Part shown: piece after piece, positions 23,546 through 37,496 of the stretch
Layout of the letters: each line of letters starts with the position of its first letter
Position numbering within the stretch: position 1 is the stretch's first letter
From: Planktothrix sp. GU0601_MAG3
Lineage (GTDB): Bacteria > Cyanobacteriota > Cyanobacteriia > Cyanobacteriales > Microcoleaceae
Length of the DNA stretch: 64,000 bases
Reading direction: 5' to 3'
Assembly (NCBI GenBank): GCA_035193785.1
Contig: CP136572.1
Coordinates: 2,900,578 to 2,964,577, forward strand
Notes under the pieces: generated by a model
What the model saw: only the letters and a program-made list of their open reading frames with translations
Told to the model about the DNA's origin: nothing
Database searches by the model: none
Program-made: the position numbers and the translations under genes

Positions 23546-25245
23546 ATTCTGGGACTCGTTGAAGCAATTCTTGATTTAAACTAGGTAACTGGTCTCGCAT
23601 TTTTAAATACCATTCCCGTCGTTGTTGATAATGTTGGCACAGTAAACGATTACTTTTTACCCAAACATAGGCATTGTTAGCAATTTTTTGCCGAAGGACA
23701 GTATTAACAATTAATTCATTCAAATACATTTCAAACTGTTGAATACTTCGATAAATTAAACCCGTTTCTTCATGAATTACCGATTGTTCATAAACCGTTG
23801 GACTAGCTAAAACCGCTACCCCATGACCCGCACATTCCAAAAACTTCAAATCCGATTTCATCAAATTAACAGGTGTGGGGGTTAAGGGTAATAAACCAAT
23901 ATCACAGGTTTGCAGAATCTGATGATATCTATCATAACTGCAAAAGGGTTCAAATTCTTTATCAGATATTGCCAAATGATCAAAAAAACGTTGATCATGA
24001 ATTACCTTAACCCTAACTAAAGTTTGATGACGAATTAAAATCCGGTTTAAAGCTTCCATAATCGGTTGCCAATCCTGTTCTCGATTTAATGCACCAAAAA
24101 ATAAAGTAACTTTTGGACTAGAATAAATTCGAGGCGGAGGTAAAACCAATAAATGATTTTTAAAGATAGCAACGTGAGGATTAAATTGTTGTAAAAATTC
24201 CCCTAAAGGAGCCGTTGAAGTTTGCACACCATGACAGCCACGATAGCTCAGATAACGATTATCTGCATACTCCTTCCTTCGTAACGGATTATCGTCAATT
24301 TCAGCAATAATTAGATAATCCTGTTTTAACAAATTTCTTAATATTTCCAAGTGATAATCATAGGATAAAATTGTCCGTTGCCAAATAAAAACCTTTTCTT
24401 CTTCGGGTAAAATAGAACCGTTGGGAATCGATTTAGAGGCTGAAAGAGTGCGGGTTCCCGGTATGGTCACACTCAATTGATCCGGTTCCAATACCCGGGG
24501 GCGATCGCATCCTGTAGGAGCCATAATCGCCGTTTGAATCAACAAACGACGGGGAGGTTGTAATGATTTAATCGCCCGCACAATATAAAATTCGGCGGCG
24601 GTTTGAGTTGCAAAACGATTGGGATCTAAACCCAAAGTATTCCTAAGAGGTTTCTACCAATTGCAGAAAATTTTGAAACTGATCATCTTTTTTTCCGCGA
24701 GTTTGAATTTCATAAATATATAATCCAGCTTCCCAGAATATTTTTTGGATTGTTTCTAAAGTTAATCCTTGACAATCAGTATTTTCTTCAACCTCATTTT
24801 CTGATTTTCCTCGTAACAAATTAATAATATTTCGCCAATACTGACGATTAGGAATATAAGCTAAAACCTGACCTTGATCTTTTAACCATCGAGTGTGATA
24901 TTGTAAAACCTTGAGCGGGTTTCTGATTTGGGGTAAAATTCCATCATAAATTAAACAATCTACGGTTTGTTCTTCTAATTCTAACGGGATTGTTTCTAGC
25001 TGATCAATCGAACTCAGAGTAATCTGATCTAAACCTTGAGTTATTTCTGAACTTAACTCAGAATTAATTAAAATTCCCCAATAAAAACTTTGGGGATTAA
25101 TTCGTTTATAATGATAACTTGTACTTCCGTTTAGACAACCGACATCTATCAGGACTTGAGCATTAGGAGGTAAAAAATTCAATAATTCCGAGGGTTTATG
25201 ATGAAAATGATGATCACTGACCTGATCCGTACTATCTCTATTCAT
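23541..25245 (-). CDS. Methyltransferase-like domain fused to a GT4-like glycosyltransferase (frameshift at ~24651)
   Basis: LIDVGC at the N-terminus; C-terminal KSDLKFLECAGHG. Confidence 0.75.
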
Positions 25246-25352
25246 AACCTTGAGTAAAATTAGAGCTATGTTATAAATAACAGGTTTTAGGTCACACTGG
25301 CAAGTTCATTTTTAAATTAAAAATTTTTGAGACGATTTCCACCCTAAATTTT

Positions 25353-27927
25353 ATGGCTAGAGTCAGCGTTATTATTCCAACTTATAACCAAGATCCTTAT
25401 ATTTCAGAAGCAATTGATAGTGTTTTAAATCAAACCTATCAAGATTTTGAAATTGTGATCACCAATGATGGTTCCACGGATCAAACATTACAAATAATTC
25501 AAGAAAAAAAAGATCCTCGAATTCGCTATTTTTCTTTTGATCAGAATCAAGGAGTGAGTATAGCAGCAAATCATTGTATTAATCAGGCGACGGGAGAATT
25601 TATTGCGATTTTGGATTCTGACAATATTTTTTTACCGGATAAACTTGAAAAACAAGTTAATTTTTTAGATGATAACCCCGGATTTGATGCGGCTTTTACC
25701 CATGCGATTATTATTGATAAAAATGGTAATTTTCACCCGGGTAAAGAATCATCATTTCAACAGTTATTTGCTCAAGAAAATAAGAATCGTTTTCAATGGT
25801 TAAATTATTTTTTTTACTCCGATAATTCCCTCTGCAATACCAGCGTTTTAATTAAGAAAAAATGCTATGATCAGGTAGGACTATATGATCCGCGATTACG
25901 TCAAATTCATGATTTAGATTTCTGGATACGTTTATGTCTGAAATCAGAAATTTATATTTTACCCGAACCTTTGGTTTTATTTCGATTTCATGATCGCAAT
26001 ATTAGTGGTATAACGGCGAAAAATATGATTCGACATACTTGGGAAATCCCCCAAGTGCTTGAGCATTATCTTTGTCCAGAGGTTAGCCAAAATTTTCATA
26101 CCATTTTTCCTAAACAGCAACTTATTAAAACTCCCATTACCCCTGATGATCTTCAATTTTTAATTGCAAAACAGGCTTTAAATATTCATCGTCCTAGTCA
26201 TCAATATTTTGGAATTTATACTTTATATCGGTTAATGAATAATCCTGAATCTGCTGCATATATTGAAAAAAAATATTCCTTTAAATATACCGATCTGATT
26301 GATCTTACTGGAACCCATGATATTTTTCAAATTATGAGTCACCGGAAATTAAAGCAAGATCTCGATAAAACCAAAAAACAACTGGAAGCATTACAACAGA
26401 AATTAGACCTATCTAGTGAAACTAAATCTCAACCGCTAGTGAGTATATTAATTCCGACTTATAATGGGGAACAATTCTTATCAAAAGCAATTCAAAGTGG
26501 TTTAGATCAAACCTATTCTAACCTAGAAATTATTATTTCCGATGATGGGTCAACCGATGGGACGGTAAAAATTGCGGAGGATTTTAAAGATAATTGTTCT
26601 ATTCCCTATCGAATTATAACTCATGCTAACTATGGATTAGTCAAAAACCTTAATTTTTCTATTCAGCAAGCTCAAGGAAAATACATAAAATTTATTTTTC
26701 AGGATGATTGGTTAGAAACCTAATTGTATTGAATATATGGTTGATTTAGCAGAACAAGATCCAGAAATAGGGTTAGTTTTTTCCCCCCGTCAAGTCTTGA
26801 TTGACCCTGATTCTAAATCCGATTTAGTTTGTCAATCTGCTTATAATGGGGCGATTAATTTACATCAAAAATGGTCTGATTTAAAACCAATTCAATCAGG
26901 TAAAGATCTTTTGTCCGATCCTAATTGTTTAATCGGAGGATTAAATAAAATTGGAGAACCGACAACGGTATTAATTTCTAAACGAGTTTTTGAAGAATTA
27001 GGAGAATTTGATTCTACACTTCAGCAACTTTTGGATGTTGATATGTGGTTCAGAATTATGGGTCATTATAAAATTGCTTTTGTGAATCAAACTTTATCTT
27101 CTCTCCTGATTCATAAAAAACAACAGACTCAAGTGAATATTGTGCAGAAGGAAAATTATAAAGATTATGAAAGAATTTATTTAAAGCTATTGCAAGATTC
27201 TCGCTATAGTTTTTTGAATCAATCTTTTAAACAGATGGTTTTACAAAAAACTTTGTTTAACTCGCAGTTCTATATCAAGTTAATCACTAATTTACTGAAT
27301 CAATCCCAAGAAAACCCTACGGAGAGAGTCATAGAGTGTCTGCAATTAGTTCGTCAAACCCTAGTTAAATATTGGTTAACTTTAACTCCTGGGGATTTAG
27401 AAACTCGATATTCTGGCGAAATTCGTCCAATTTATCAGCATTTATTGAATAGTCATATTATTGACCAAAAAGCGGGTGAGATTGAACAATCATGGATTGA
27501 ATCAATGGGAAAAAAACTTTCACAAGGGTTGTATTCCTGTGATTTAATTCCTGGATTGATGGGATTTATGTTATATCAAAGAGCTTATGAGCTTGATTAT
27601 ATATACGAAAATGCGCTCATTCCTCAATATTTTTTCCCTGAATTTCTTAGTTGGCTGTTTGCTCCAGTTCAATATTTTCGTTCTTCAGAAGATCGGTTAA
27701 AATATATTAATTTTCAAGAGAATTTATTGGCTTATATTATTCAAAACTTAAATACGGATTCATCTTTTTGTGATTTGTGGATCTATGTCGCCCAGTGTTA
27801 TCTTAGATATTCTCAGTGGGATTTTGGGGGTTTCGCCGAAATTAATCACCAGAGGATTTATGATTACAGAAAAAAAATGATTGATTTTTTAGCATTTAAC
27901 TCAAAGGACAATGTTCTGAACCGGTAG
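25353..27927 (+). CDS. Tandem GT2 glycosyltransferase (frameshift at ~26716)
   Basis: Two SVIIPTYN/SILIPTYN...DDGSTD domains; LEPNCI is restored on removing one A. Confidence 0.85.
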
Positions 27928-28174
27928 CCAGTCCGAATCAACCATAACCATACCAGGGCCTTGCAGCCGAACACCGGAACTTGAAACCATTGATCAGCGT
28001 CAGTTGAGGCAAAAGCAATTTTTTTGAGCGGTTTTCCAGAAGTTGAGGTAATTTAAAGATCACCAATTTTAGGCAAGGAGTAGACGGTCTGTTATTATTT
28101 GGACAATATAGATTGGATATAGTAGTCAATTTAGGACTACCAAGGGTAAATTTGAAAGGGGTAGTGAAAGTTGG

Positions 28175-28940
28175 TTGGAGAGTTCAATGACAGGATTGTT
28201 CAAAGTCGGAGAAACCATTATTACAGCGGAGGATTTGCCATCGCTGCTCAAGCGTTATCAGTTGATGCCATTATTCCTGCGGGAAGTGATTTTGGAGCAA
28301 GCGATCGCTCAGATCACTTGTACAGAAGCAGAACAGGCGGCGGCGGTCGAACGATTTGAGAGTCAACACCAACTCACTTCCCCGGAAGCAAAAGCAGCTT
28401 GGTTAGCAGCCTATGATATGACCCCAGAACAACTTGTGGAAATCGCAGAAACGCCCGGTAAAAGTTGAAAAATTTAAACAAGAAACTTGGAGTGGTCGGG
28501 TCGAGAATTATTTTTTGACTCGTAAAGGTGGTTTAGATCAAGTTGTATATTCTTTAATTCGGACGAAAAATCCTGGCCTAGCTCAAGAACTCTACTTCAG
28601 AATTGCGGAGGGGGAAAATTCCTTTGCTGAGGTAGCTCGGGATCATTCCGAAGGGCCAGAATCTCGATCGGGAGGTGTTTTGGGGCCAGTTCCGGTATCC
28701 CAACCCCACCCGGCAATTAGTAAACTGTTATCGGTGAGTCAACCCGGTCAACTGTGGGCACCGCGCCCCTTAGCGGAATGGTTCGTGATTATTCGGCTGG
28801 AAAAATTCCTTCCCGCCCAGTTAGATGAACCCATGCGTCGCCGTATGATCGAAGAAATGTTTGAAAATTGGCTACGAGAGCAAATGGCTCAAGTCGGCTC
28901 ACTACAACCTGTTCGCACTTCAGTGTCTTCTGTGTCATGA
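28175..28940 (+). CDS. PpiC-type peptidylprolyl isomerase associated with the T1SS (frameshift at ~28449)
   Basis: VVYSLIR...ELYFRI...FAEVARDHSEGPESRSGGVLGPV. Confidence 0.85.
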
Positions 28941-31900
28941 CAACATCCGCCGTTTCTCAATCCCAAATTCAGACCTTCTTGGCTGAAACGAGCCCCTTTG
29001 ATCGGCTCTCGGAGAAGGCACTTCAGAACCTGTTGCCCAAATGCCAACTCCTGGGCTACCGTACCGGACAACCGATCTTTGAGCGGGATAAATTGCCGAC
29101 TCAAATCACTGTGATTTATCAAGGACAGGCTCGATTGCTGGGTTTTGATCCCAGGGCGCAACGCCATGTTAGTTTGGGCTTGCTCGGAGCCAGAGAAATC
29201 ATCGGTTGGGCGGGCTTAATTCGAGGAGTCCCTTGTGAAACCGCGATCGCTTCAACCGACACGATTTGTATTACCTTGTCGGCCGCGGATTTTCTGCAAT
29301 GGGTGGTAAAAGAACAGGCTTTTGGAGAAGCCTTCCGGGATCGAGCCGGTTTGAGCGAAGTTTTTGACCTGTTAAGCCAACATCTACAGGCCCAGGCTGT
29401 TCCGGTTAATAATATTAAGAATTTAGCAGTTGATCTGGGGCAGGATGCGGTGGTGCTGAACTTGGCGGCGGGTAACCGAAAAACCAAGGAATTGACTAGC
29501 CTCCTTGATCCCCAAAGAATTTGGTTAGTCAGTAGTGGGACTTTGGGGAGTTTTGCCCCAGGTAGCCGGGTTTTATTAGAAGAAAGTAGTCCATCCTATA
29601 AGCTCGAAGGGGCCGGGGGCGTGCGGTTAGTGGGGTTGCGAGAACCGGTTTATGAAGTCGAAACCTCGGTAGAAACCTCCGAGGGAGAGGTCAGTGTTCA
29701 AGACTCGAATAACGGTAACGGTAATCGCATCATCGATCTATCGGCGGTGGCTCCGGCTCCAGAAGTTCCCCCCACTCCAGAAACTAATATCCCGAAATCG
29801 GCTCTGAAGTTTCCCGTGGTCAGGGGGAGAGGCAAGATTGACGCGCCCCTAGCCTGCTTCAATATGATTGCGAAGTTCTTCGGAATTAGCTTTAAGAAGG
29901 ATATTGTTCGTCGAGTTTTAGATAATCAGTTAGCAACGGTCGGCAATATTAGTTTGCAGGCTTGCGGGGCCGTGACCCAAATGCTGGGAATTAATGCTCA
30001 GTTAGTCCAGGTGCCATCCAAAGCTATTGGTCGCCTCAAAGCCCCAGCCATGGTGGTCTGGAAAGATAGTTTTGCCATTCTCTATAGCATTACCGAACGG
30101 GAAATCATTCTGGCATCCCCGGAAAAGGGTTTAGCCCGGATGCGTCCGGGGCAGTTTGCGGAAATTTGGGGTGAGGAAGGACAGGTACTGCTGTTACAAG
30201 CGCCCCGAGTTGACCAAAAAGAACAATTTAGTTTCTGGTGGTTTCTCCCGGCCTTAATGGAGCATCGAGCCACATTTGTTGAGGTGTTGCTGTCTTCGTT
30301 TTTCATCCAAGTATTCGGTTTGGTCAACCCCTTGGTCAGTATGGTGATCGTCGATGTGGTGATCGGACAACAGAACTTGGATGCTCTGAATATCCTGGGG
30401 ATTCTGCTGTTAGGGTTTGCCCTGTTTGAAGGGTTATTGACGGCATTACGAACCTATCTGTTTGTGGATAGCTCCAACCGCGTTGATATCAAACTGACGG
30501 CGGAAATTATTGACCATATGTTGCGACTGCCCCTGGGCTACTTTGATAGTCGCCAGGTCGGGGACTTGATGAGCCGTTTTAACGAGTTGGGAAATATCCG
30601 TAACTTCCTAACGGGGACGGCCTTAACTGTGGTTTTGGATGCGGTGTTCTCGGTGGTTTATATTGCCGTGATGTTCGCCCTGAGTCCCATTCTGACCATG
30701 GTGGCCTTAGCTCCCTTACCCCTATTTGCAATAATTATCTTCCTCTTTTCCCCGATTATTATGCGGTTAATTCGCAAACGGGCAGGTTTAGCCGGGGCAT
30801 CCATGGCCTATATTGTGGAAGTTATTAGTGGGATTCAAACCATTAAATCCCAAACTATTGAATTAACAGCCCGTTGGCGGTGGCAAGGAATGTATGCCCG
30901 TTTTATGAGTGCAAGTTTACAAACTACTCTCACCCAAACGGCCGCGGGAACCATGAGTGAATTCCTGAATAAAATTGGGGGGATTGCCCTGTTATGGGTG
31001 GGGGCCTATCTAGTAATTGAACAGCAGTTGACCATCGGGGGATTAATTGCTTTTCGGATTATCTCTGGAAACGTCACTGGCTCGTTATTGCGGTTTATTA
31101 GTGTTTATCAACAGATCCAAGAGGTGTCGATTTCGGTGGAAACGGTTGCGGGATATTATCGATACCCTTCCTGAAGCCGATGAAGCTGATCGCAATAATA
31201 TTCCATTACCAGAAATCGAGGGGTCAGTTACCTTTGAGGAGGTGTCTTTCCGATTTAATCCCACCGGGCCACTGCAACTGGCTAACATCAATTTAGATTT
31301 TCCCTCCGGGTCGTTTGTGGCAATTGTGGGGTTGAGTGGATCGGGTAAAAGTACCCTGATGAAGTTATTACAGCGTCTATATGCTCCTCTATCGGGGCGG
31401 ATTCTAGTTGATGGCTATGATATTAATAAAGTCGAACTGTATTCTGTGCGCCGCCAATTGGGGGTGGTTTTGCAAGATACCCTCCTATTTAACGGAACGG
31501 TTCAGGATAACATTGGCTTGAGTAACCCCGAAGCCAGTAGCGACGAAATTATTCGGGCGGCTAAAATTGCCGCAGCCCATGAATTTATTATGGGTCTTCC
31601 CAATGGTTACAATACCGAGGTCGGAGAAAGGGGATCGGCTTTATCGGGGGGACAACGACAACGGGTGGCCATTGCCCGCACGGTATTACAAAATCCTAAA
31701 CTGTTAATTTTGGATGAGGCGACCAGTGCCCTGGACTATCAATCGGAACGGGCTGTGATCAATCACTTGATGGAAGTCTTTCACGATCGCACGGTGTTTT
31801 TTATCACTCACCGTCTGAGTGCCGTCAAAAACGCTGATGTAATTATTATGATGGATCAAGGGTCTGTGGTTGAGCAGGGAAATCATGATGAGTTAGTTGC

Positions 31901-31949
31901 TCTGAAAGGACGTTATTACTGCCTGTATCAACAACAGGAAGCGCCCTAA
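28937..31949 (+). CDS. Type I secretion ABC transporter (cNMP-binding, C39-like, TMD and NBD domains), HlyB family (frameshift at ~31141)
   Basis: N-terminal cNMP-like domain, LACFNMI C39-like segment, GLSGSGKST, LSGGQRQR, LDEATSALD. Confidence 0.9.
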
Positions 31950-31952
31950 TAC

Positions 31953-32074
31953 AGTCATCAGTTATCAGTTTAAGAGTTATCAGTTTAAGAGTTAAGAGGC
32001 AGTTAAAATTGCTCTCAATTAGTAAAAATATTGATTTTATTTCTTTCACTGATGACTGATGACTGATGACTGAT
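31953..32074. repeat. Inverted pair of heptamer arrays (TCAGTTA-like ... ACTGATG)
   Basis: Intergenic between hlyB and hlyD; similar arrays at ~18505-18580, ~33981-34130 and ~53355-53418. Confidence 0.75.
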
Positions 32075-32098
32075 TTTGTTGTTTACTAATTACTATTT

Positions 32099-33975
32099 AT
32101 GAAATCTGTATCACTTGTTGATCAACCGGTTATTCTTGAGAAACCTGCGATGTGGTCTCATCTGTTTCTCTGGTTGATTATGTTAATCACCACATCAGGC
32201 GTTGTTTGGGCTTATTTTTCTAGGGTTGAACAAACGGTTTCCCGCCGTGGGTGAACTCGAATATAAAGAAGGTGCTAGGGAAATACAAGCCCCAACCACC
32301 GGAGCCGTAGTGAGATTGCACGTTGAAAATGGCGATCGGGTTCAGAAAAACCAGCCCCTTTTAACCTTTAGTCCGACAAACCCCAGTGCGGATATTAAAT
32401 CTTTAGCTAAATTGCAGGGGACTCTTAATCAAGAAAACGAATTCTATAAAAATATTATTCAGGGGAATAGTCGAGGAGCTTTACCGCCGGAATGGGAAAC
32501 AATGGTTAAAGATCGAGATACCCGAATTCAAGAAAATAACGTTTTGAGTTCTTTGATTAATGAACTTTATAATAATCAAGGTCGAACAGTTAACTATGGT
32601 TCCGCTCAAGCGGGTTTAGTGACTAATTACCGAGCGGAATATCAATCCCGGGTGTCGGCGGTGGAAGGGCGAATTGTTGAATTTAACAAACAACTCGAAC
32701 AAATAGAAAATTCAATTCGAGCAACTCGAGAACAGGTGAACTATGCAACCAATCAAATTCGCTATTCTGAAGAACAATTGAACTCAGCCCGGGATCAACT
32801 GGATAAGTCTCAAGAAGGTTTAGATCTAAACCAATCAATTTTGGATCAAATTGCTCCCTTGGTTGACGAAGGGGCGATGTCTGACCTGAATAAAAAACGT
32901 CAGGAACAAGAGATTTTAAGAAGCCAAAATGAATTTTTACGACAACAGGATCAAATCACAACCCGCCAAAGTGAAATTAATGCGCGTAAAGGTGATGTGG
33001 AAAAACAACAGGCTGAAATTAAACGATTAGAAGATGAAAAACAAAAAGTTTTAGCTTCTATTGATCGGACTGAAAAAGAATTGCAAAATACGAAAGATGC
33101 TTGGGCGAAAGAACTATATTTTCGCGTTGAGGAAAACAAAAAACAGATTGCTAGTATTGACTCTCAACTAAGTCGATATAAACTGGAGAACGAAAAACGA
33201 TTAGGCGATGTTACGGCTCAACTAGAAAAAGTTGAAGAACAACGCGATACTCAAGTTTTACGTTCACCGGTGGCGGGGGTGATTTACGATTTACAACCCT
33301 CAACCAAACAGGATTCTGAAGTCGATATTAATAAGGATGACATTTGCAATTATGTGAATGAGCAAGTATTAAAATCCGGTGATCCGAAAATGAAGCGTTG
33401 TAATGAGGCTTATTATGAAGCTCAACAAACGGAAAAACTGATGCAAATTTTAGCCGATGATAAAGGACTCGCAGCCACAATTTATATTAAAAATACGGAT
33501 CTGGCTTTAGTTTTAAATGCTTTGCGGGTCAAACGTAAATTCTTACAGCCCTATGATGGAAAGACTGTGGCTGGAGAAGTGATTGAATGTAAAGCAGAAA
33601 AAGATTGTATTTGTCCAGATTCTCCAGAAGCTCGAGCAGAAATTGGCATTACTGATGCAGATTGTATTCAAGTGGAAGTCACCATTGATGCGTTTCCCCA
33701 ATGATCAATTTGGGATGGTTTCTGGACAGTTAAAATGGCTGAGTCAAGATGCGATTAAACCTGATCCTGAAAAGGGCCGTCAATATTTTTCGTTTAAAGG
33801 AAAAGTGAAATTGGATAAACAAAGCTTTGTCTTAGATGAAGATAAGAATATTAAGATTGGTTTGCAGTCGGGGATGTCCGTAAATACTAAGATTAATGTC
33901 GGTAAACGTTCGGTGTTAGATATATTCTTAAACCGCCTTACTGGTCGGATCAACAGTATTACGAACTTGAAGTAG
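32099..33975 (+). CDS. HlyD-family membrane fusion protein (frameshifts at ~32239 and ~33694)
   Basis: Manual start MKSVSLVDQPVILEKP, a TM segment, EIQAPTTG, long coiled coil, LRSPVAGVI, LQSGMSV. Confidence 0.85.
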
Positions 33976-34133
33976 TTTTAATCAGTTATCAGTTATCAGT
34001 AAAGAGTTGGCTTTAAGTTATCTGCCATAAGCAGTTAATTCCAAACAGTTAAGACTTAGCTTATAATCGGTGGCTTTCAATTTAAACTCTGACACTGATA
34101 ACTGATGACTGTTAACTGTTAACTGTTTAACAA

Positions 34134-35907
34134 ATGGCTCAAAAATCTTCCTCTTTTGTCGCTTTTCCTGCTGTTATTTTATGGCTAATGTATTTAATCC
34201 CTATTTTGGGAGTAACGGGATTTATTATTACTTTTGGGGTGAATGTTCCCTTTTATGATCAGTGGGTTTTACCGGATTTATTTGCAAAAACAGCCGCCGG
34301 AACATTACAATTTAAAGACTTATTTGAACTGCATAATAACCATCGAATTTTATTTCCTCGCTTAATTTTTATTGGTTTAGGATTTATTTCAAGTTGGAAT
34401 ATTAAATTAGAGCTTTTTTTGAGTTTATGTTTAGCAATAATAACCTTTATATTTTTATATAAAATTTCTGCTAATTCCTCAAAAAATCAAAACTATTTCT
34501 TTCATTTTACCAATCTATTAACAGCTTTAATATTTTTCTCCTTAGCTCAATCAGAAAACTGGCTTTGGGGGTTTCAAATTGCTATATTTTTAATCAATTT
34601 TTGTGTAATTCTAAGTTGTTTTATTTTAAATAATAATAAAATTCAGCCTAAAAAAAAGTTGTTATTTGCTGCGATTCTTTGTTTGGTTGCAAGTTTTTCA
34701 TCCGCCCAAGGTTTAATGAGTTGGTTGGCTTTAATACCCGGGGTTATAGTGATTTCAGAATCAGGTCATCAAAGAAAAAAATACCTGATTTTTTGGATCG
34801 CTTTATTTTTACTTTCCAGTTTGATTTACTCCATCGGATATACTCAAGAAACCCAAAACGATCAATCTTTCTCTCCTAGAAAAGTTATTAGCTCTGATTC
34901 AATTCTTTTTTAATGTGATTGCTGCACCCCTAACAAATTCTCAAAATTTTAGTATTTGGATAGGAATAATTATTATCTTAAATTTTATTGTCTTAGGAAG
35001 TTACTGTCTAATTAATCGAAAAAATAAAAAATATTTAATAAAATTATGCTCTCCTTGGTTTTCGATTGGAATATTTTCTATCCTCTGCTCAATTTTAATA
35101 ACATTAGGTCGTTATAGTTATGGAGCAAATTATGGGATTTATACCTCTCGATATACCACCCATTCCTTACTATTAATTATTGCGGTTATTCAACTTTGGT
35201 TTATAATTATTTCCAAGGGTAATTTTTTCCAGCAAAATTATTACCCAAAACTTATTTATAGTTTTATCGGGGGAATTTTAGTCTGTTTAATTGGGGTAAA
35301 ATCAGAAATAGCGATCGCCCAAGCCCAAACGGATGTCATCAATAAACAACGGGGGGAAACCTGCTTAGAACTAATTAACTATTTAGAAGACTCAAAATTC
35401 TTTAAAACCCATCCTGAACGCTGCTTATTAAGATTAAGTAAAACCACCTGGTGGATTCAAGATGGAGTTAAACAACTTCAGACTGTTAACCTCAGAAATT
35501 GGGCAAATAATATCACATTCAAAACCGAATCAGAACAACTTTATGGCTATATTGATTTTCCGTTATCCAGTGATCAACCCTTAAAACTAAAACCCCAAGA
35601 TTCCGTCACCTTAAAAGGATGGGCAATTTTTCCCCAGCAACAAAATCAGCCCCAACTCGTCTTTTTCTCCAGGGGAAACCAACGCTCTTTTTTTGCCCAA
35701 GCTAATATTGGTTTGAATAGTCCAGATGTTGCTCAGGTCTTTAATTCTCCCCTCTATAATTATGCGCGATGGGAAATTACAATTCCTACTGTACAATTGC
35801 ATAATGGTTTGGGAAACACAACGGTTAAAGCTTGGGTATATAATCCTGATGGGAATGAATTTATCCCGTTGAAGGGAGAAGTCAAGATGATTTTTGAGAA
35901 AGACTAA
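34134..35907 (+). CDS. Multi-pass membrane protein, possible GT-C-type glycosyltransferase (frameshift at ~34849)
   Basis: NVPFYDQW, HNNHRILFPRL, many TM segments, C-terminal soluble GWA domain. Confidence 0.6.
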
Positions 35908-36003
35908 CCCTTTCTTAACCTTGGATTGACTATTAATTTAGTTCTCATCCAGAAGCAACAATTTGGTACAATATTTAGTCGCTGACCACTGTTTAATCCG
36001 AAT

Positions 36004-36553
36004 ATGAATATTATTCCAACTTCCATTCCCGATGTTTTAATTATTGAAACCCAAGGTTTTTGGGGATGAGCGAGGCTTTTTCTTTGAGAGCTTTAACCAG
36101 AAAATATTTACTGAAAAAACTGGAATTACCTTAGAGTTTGTACAAGATAATCATTCCCGTTCCGCAAAAGGAGTTTTGCGCGGTTTACATTACCAAATGC
36201 AACAAACCCAGGGCAAATTATTGCGCGTTATTGCGGGCGAAATCTTTGATGTGGCGGTGGATATGAGAAAGAGTTCTCCGAATTTTGGAGAGTGGGTCGG
36301 TTGCATTCTCAGTGGAGAAAATAAACGACAATTTTGGATTCCCCCGGGATTTGCCCATGGCTTTTTAGTGATTTCAGATATTGCTGAAGTGCTGTATAAA
36401 ACCACCGATTATTATGCCCCAGAATATGAGCGTTCTTTGCTCTGGAACGATTCCGATTTAGGTATTGATTGGCCATTAGAAGGAATTACGCCGATTTTGT
36501 CAGTAAAAGATCAAGCAGGTCAAACTTTAAAAACGGCGGAGTTTTTCTCATGA
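36004..36553 (+). CDS. rfbC: dTDP-4-dehydrorhamnose 3,5-epimerase (frameshift at ~36047)
   Basis: DERGFF, QDNHSRS, LRGLHYQ, GFAHGF. Confidence 0.95.
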
Positions 36554-37425
36554 AACCAATTTTACTGATCGGAAAAGATGGTCAACTCGGTCAAGAATTA
36601 CAGCCTTTCCTCGCTTCTATGGGGTCGTTAGTCTGTGTCGGACGAGATACCCTAGATTTATCCCAAACCCAAGAAATTGAAAGGTTAATTGATGAAATCA
36701 AACCAGAATGGGTGATTAATGCTGCCGCTTATACCGCAGTGGATAAGGCGGAAAGTGAACCGGAATTAGCCATAAAAATTAACGGAATTGCCCCCGGGAT
36801 TTTAGCTAAAACCTGTCAGCAATTAGACGCAACATTGATTCATATTTCTACGGATTATGTCTTCGATGGAACCCAAAGCCATCCTTATCTTGAAACCGAT
36901 CCGACTCACCCTTTAGGTGTTTATGGGGAATCAAAATTAGCCGGAGAAATGGCAATTCAAGCAACCCAAGCTAAATTTGCAATTCTCCGAACCGCTTGGG
37001 TTTATGGTGTAGGTGGAACCGGAAATTTTGTTAAAACTATGTTACGTTTAGGGAAAGAACGGGAAGAAATTCGGGTGGTGAGTGATCAAGTGGGAAGTCC
37101 GACTTGGACGGGAGATTTATCACTATCAATTGTGCAATTAATGCCCCTTTTGAATGATCAAACCTACGGAATTTATCACTGTACAAATAGTGGTGTGACC
37201 AGTTGGTATGATTTTGCGATCGCCATTTTTGAAGAAGCCCAACTATTAGGTTTTCCCCTCAAAATTCAACGAGTTATTCCTATTACCACCGCCGAATATC
37301 CAACGCCCGCCAGTCGTCCCGCCTATTCTGTTTTAAGTGGGAAAAAATTAGCAAATCTCCTGGGAAATCATACCCCCCAATGGCGACAAGGACTGCGAAA
37401 AATGTTACAACAATTACAACCGTAG
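36550..37425 (+). CDS. rfbD: dTDP-4-dehydrorhamnose reductase
   Basis: GKDGQLG, NAAAYTAVD, STDYVFDG, YGESK, DQVGSPT. Confidence 0.95.
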   Translation: MKPILLIGKDGQLGQELQPFLASMGSLVCVGRDTLDLSQTQEIERLIDEIKPEWVINAAAYTAVDKAESEPELAIKINGIAPGILAKTCQQLDATLIHISTDYVFDGTQSHPYLETDPTHPLGVYGESKLAGEMAIQATQAKFAILRTAWVYGVGGTGNFVKTMLRLGKEREEIRVVSDQVGSPTWTGDLSLSIVQLMPLLNDQTYGIYHCTNSGVTSWYDFAIAIFEEAQLLGFPLKIQRVIPITTAEYPTPASRPAYSVLSGKKLANLLGNHTPQWRQGLRKMLQQLQP

Positions 37426-37446
37426 AGACGTGCCACGGCGCGTCTC
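37421..37446. repeat. GTAG-type REP-like palindrome; identical copy at 38633-38658
   Basis: CGTAGAGACGTGCCACGGCGCGTCTC; a variant lies at 63218-63249. Confidence 0.85.
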
Positions 37447-37496
37447 TCTTGCCTTGTCTCTTGTCTCTATCAACTATTAACCCCTAACGATTAATT

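Noticed and set aside
27938..28129. 63-aa minus-strand ORF
   Set aside because: No recognisable motif; lies in the probable promoter region of the PPIase-T1SS operon.
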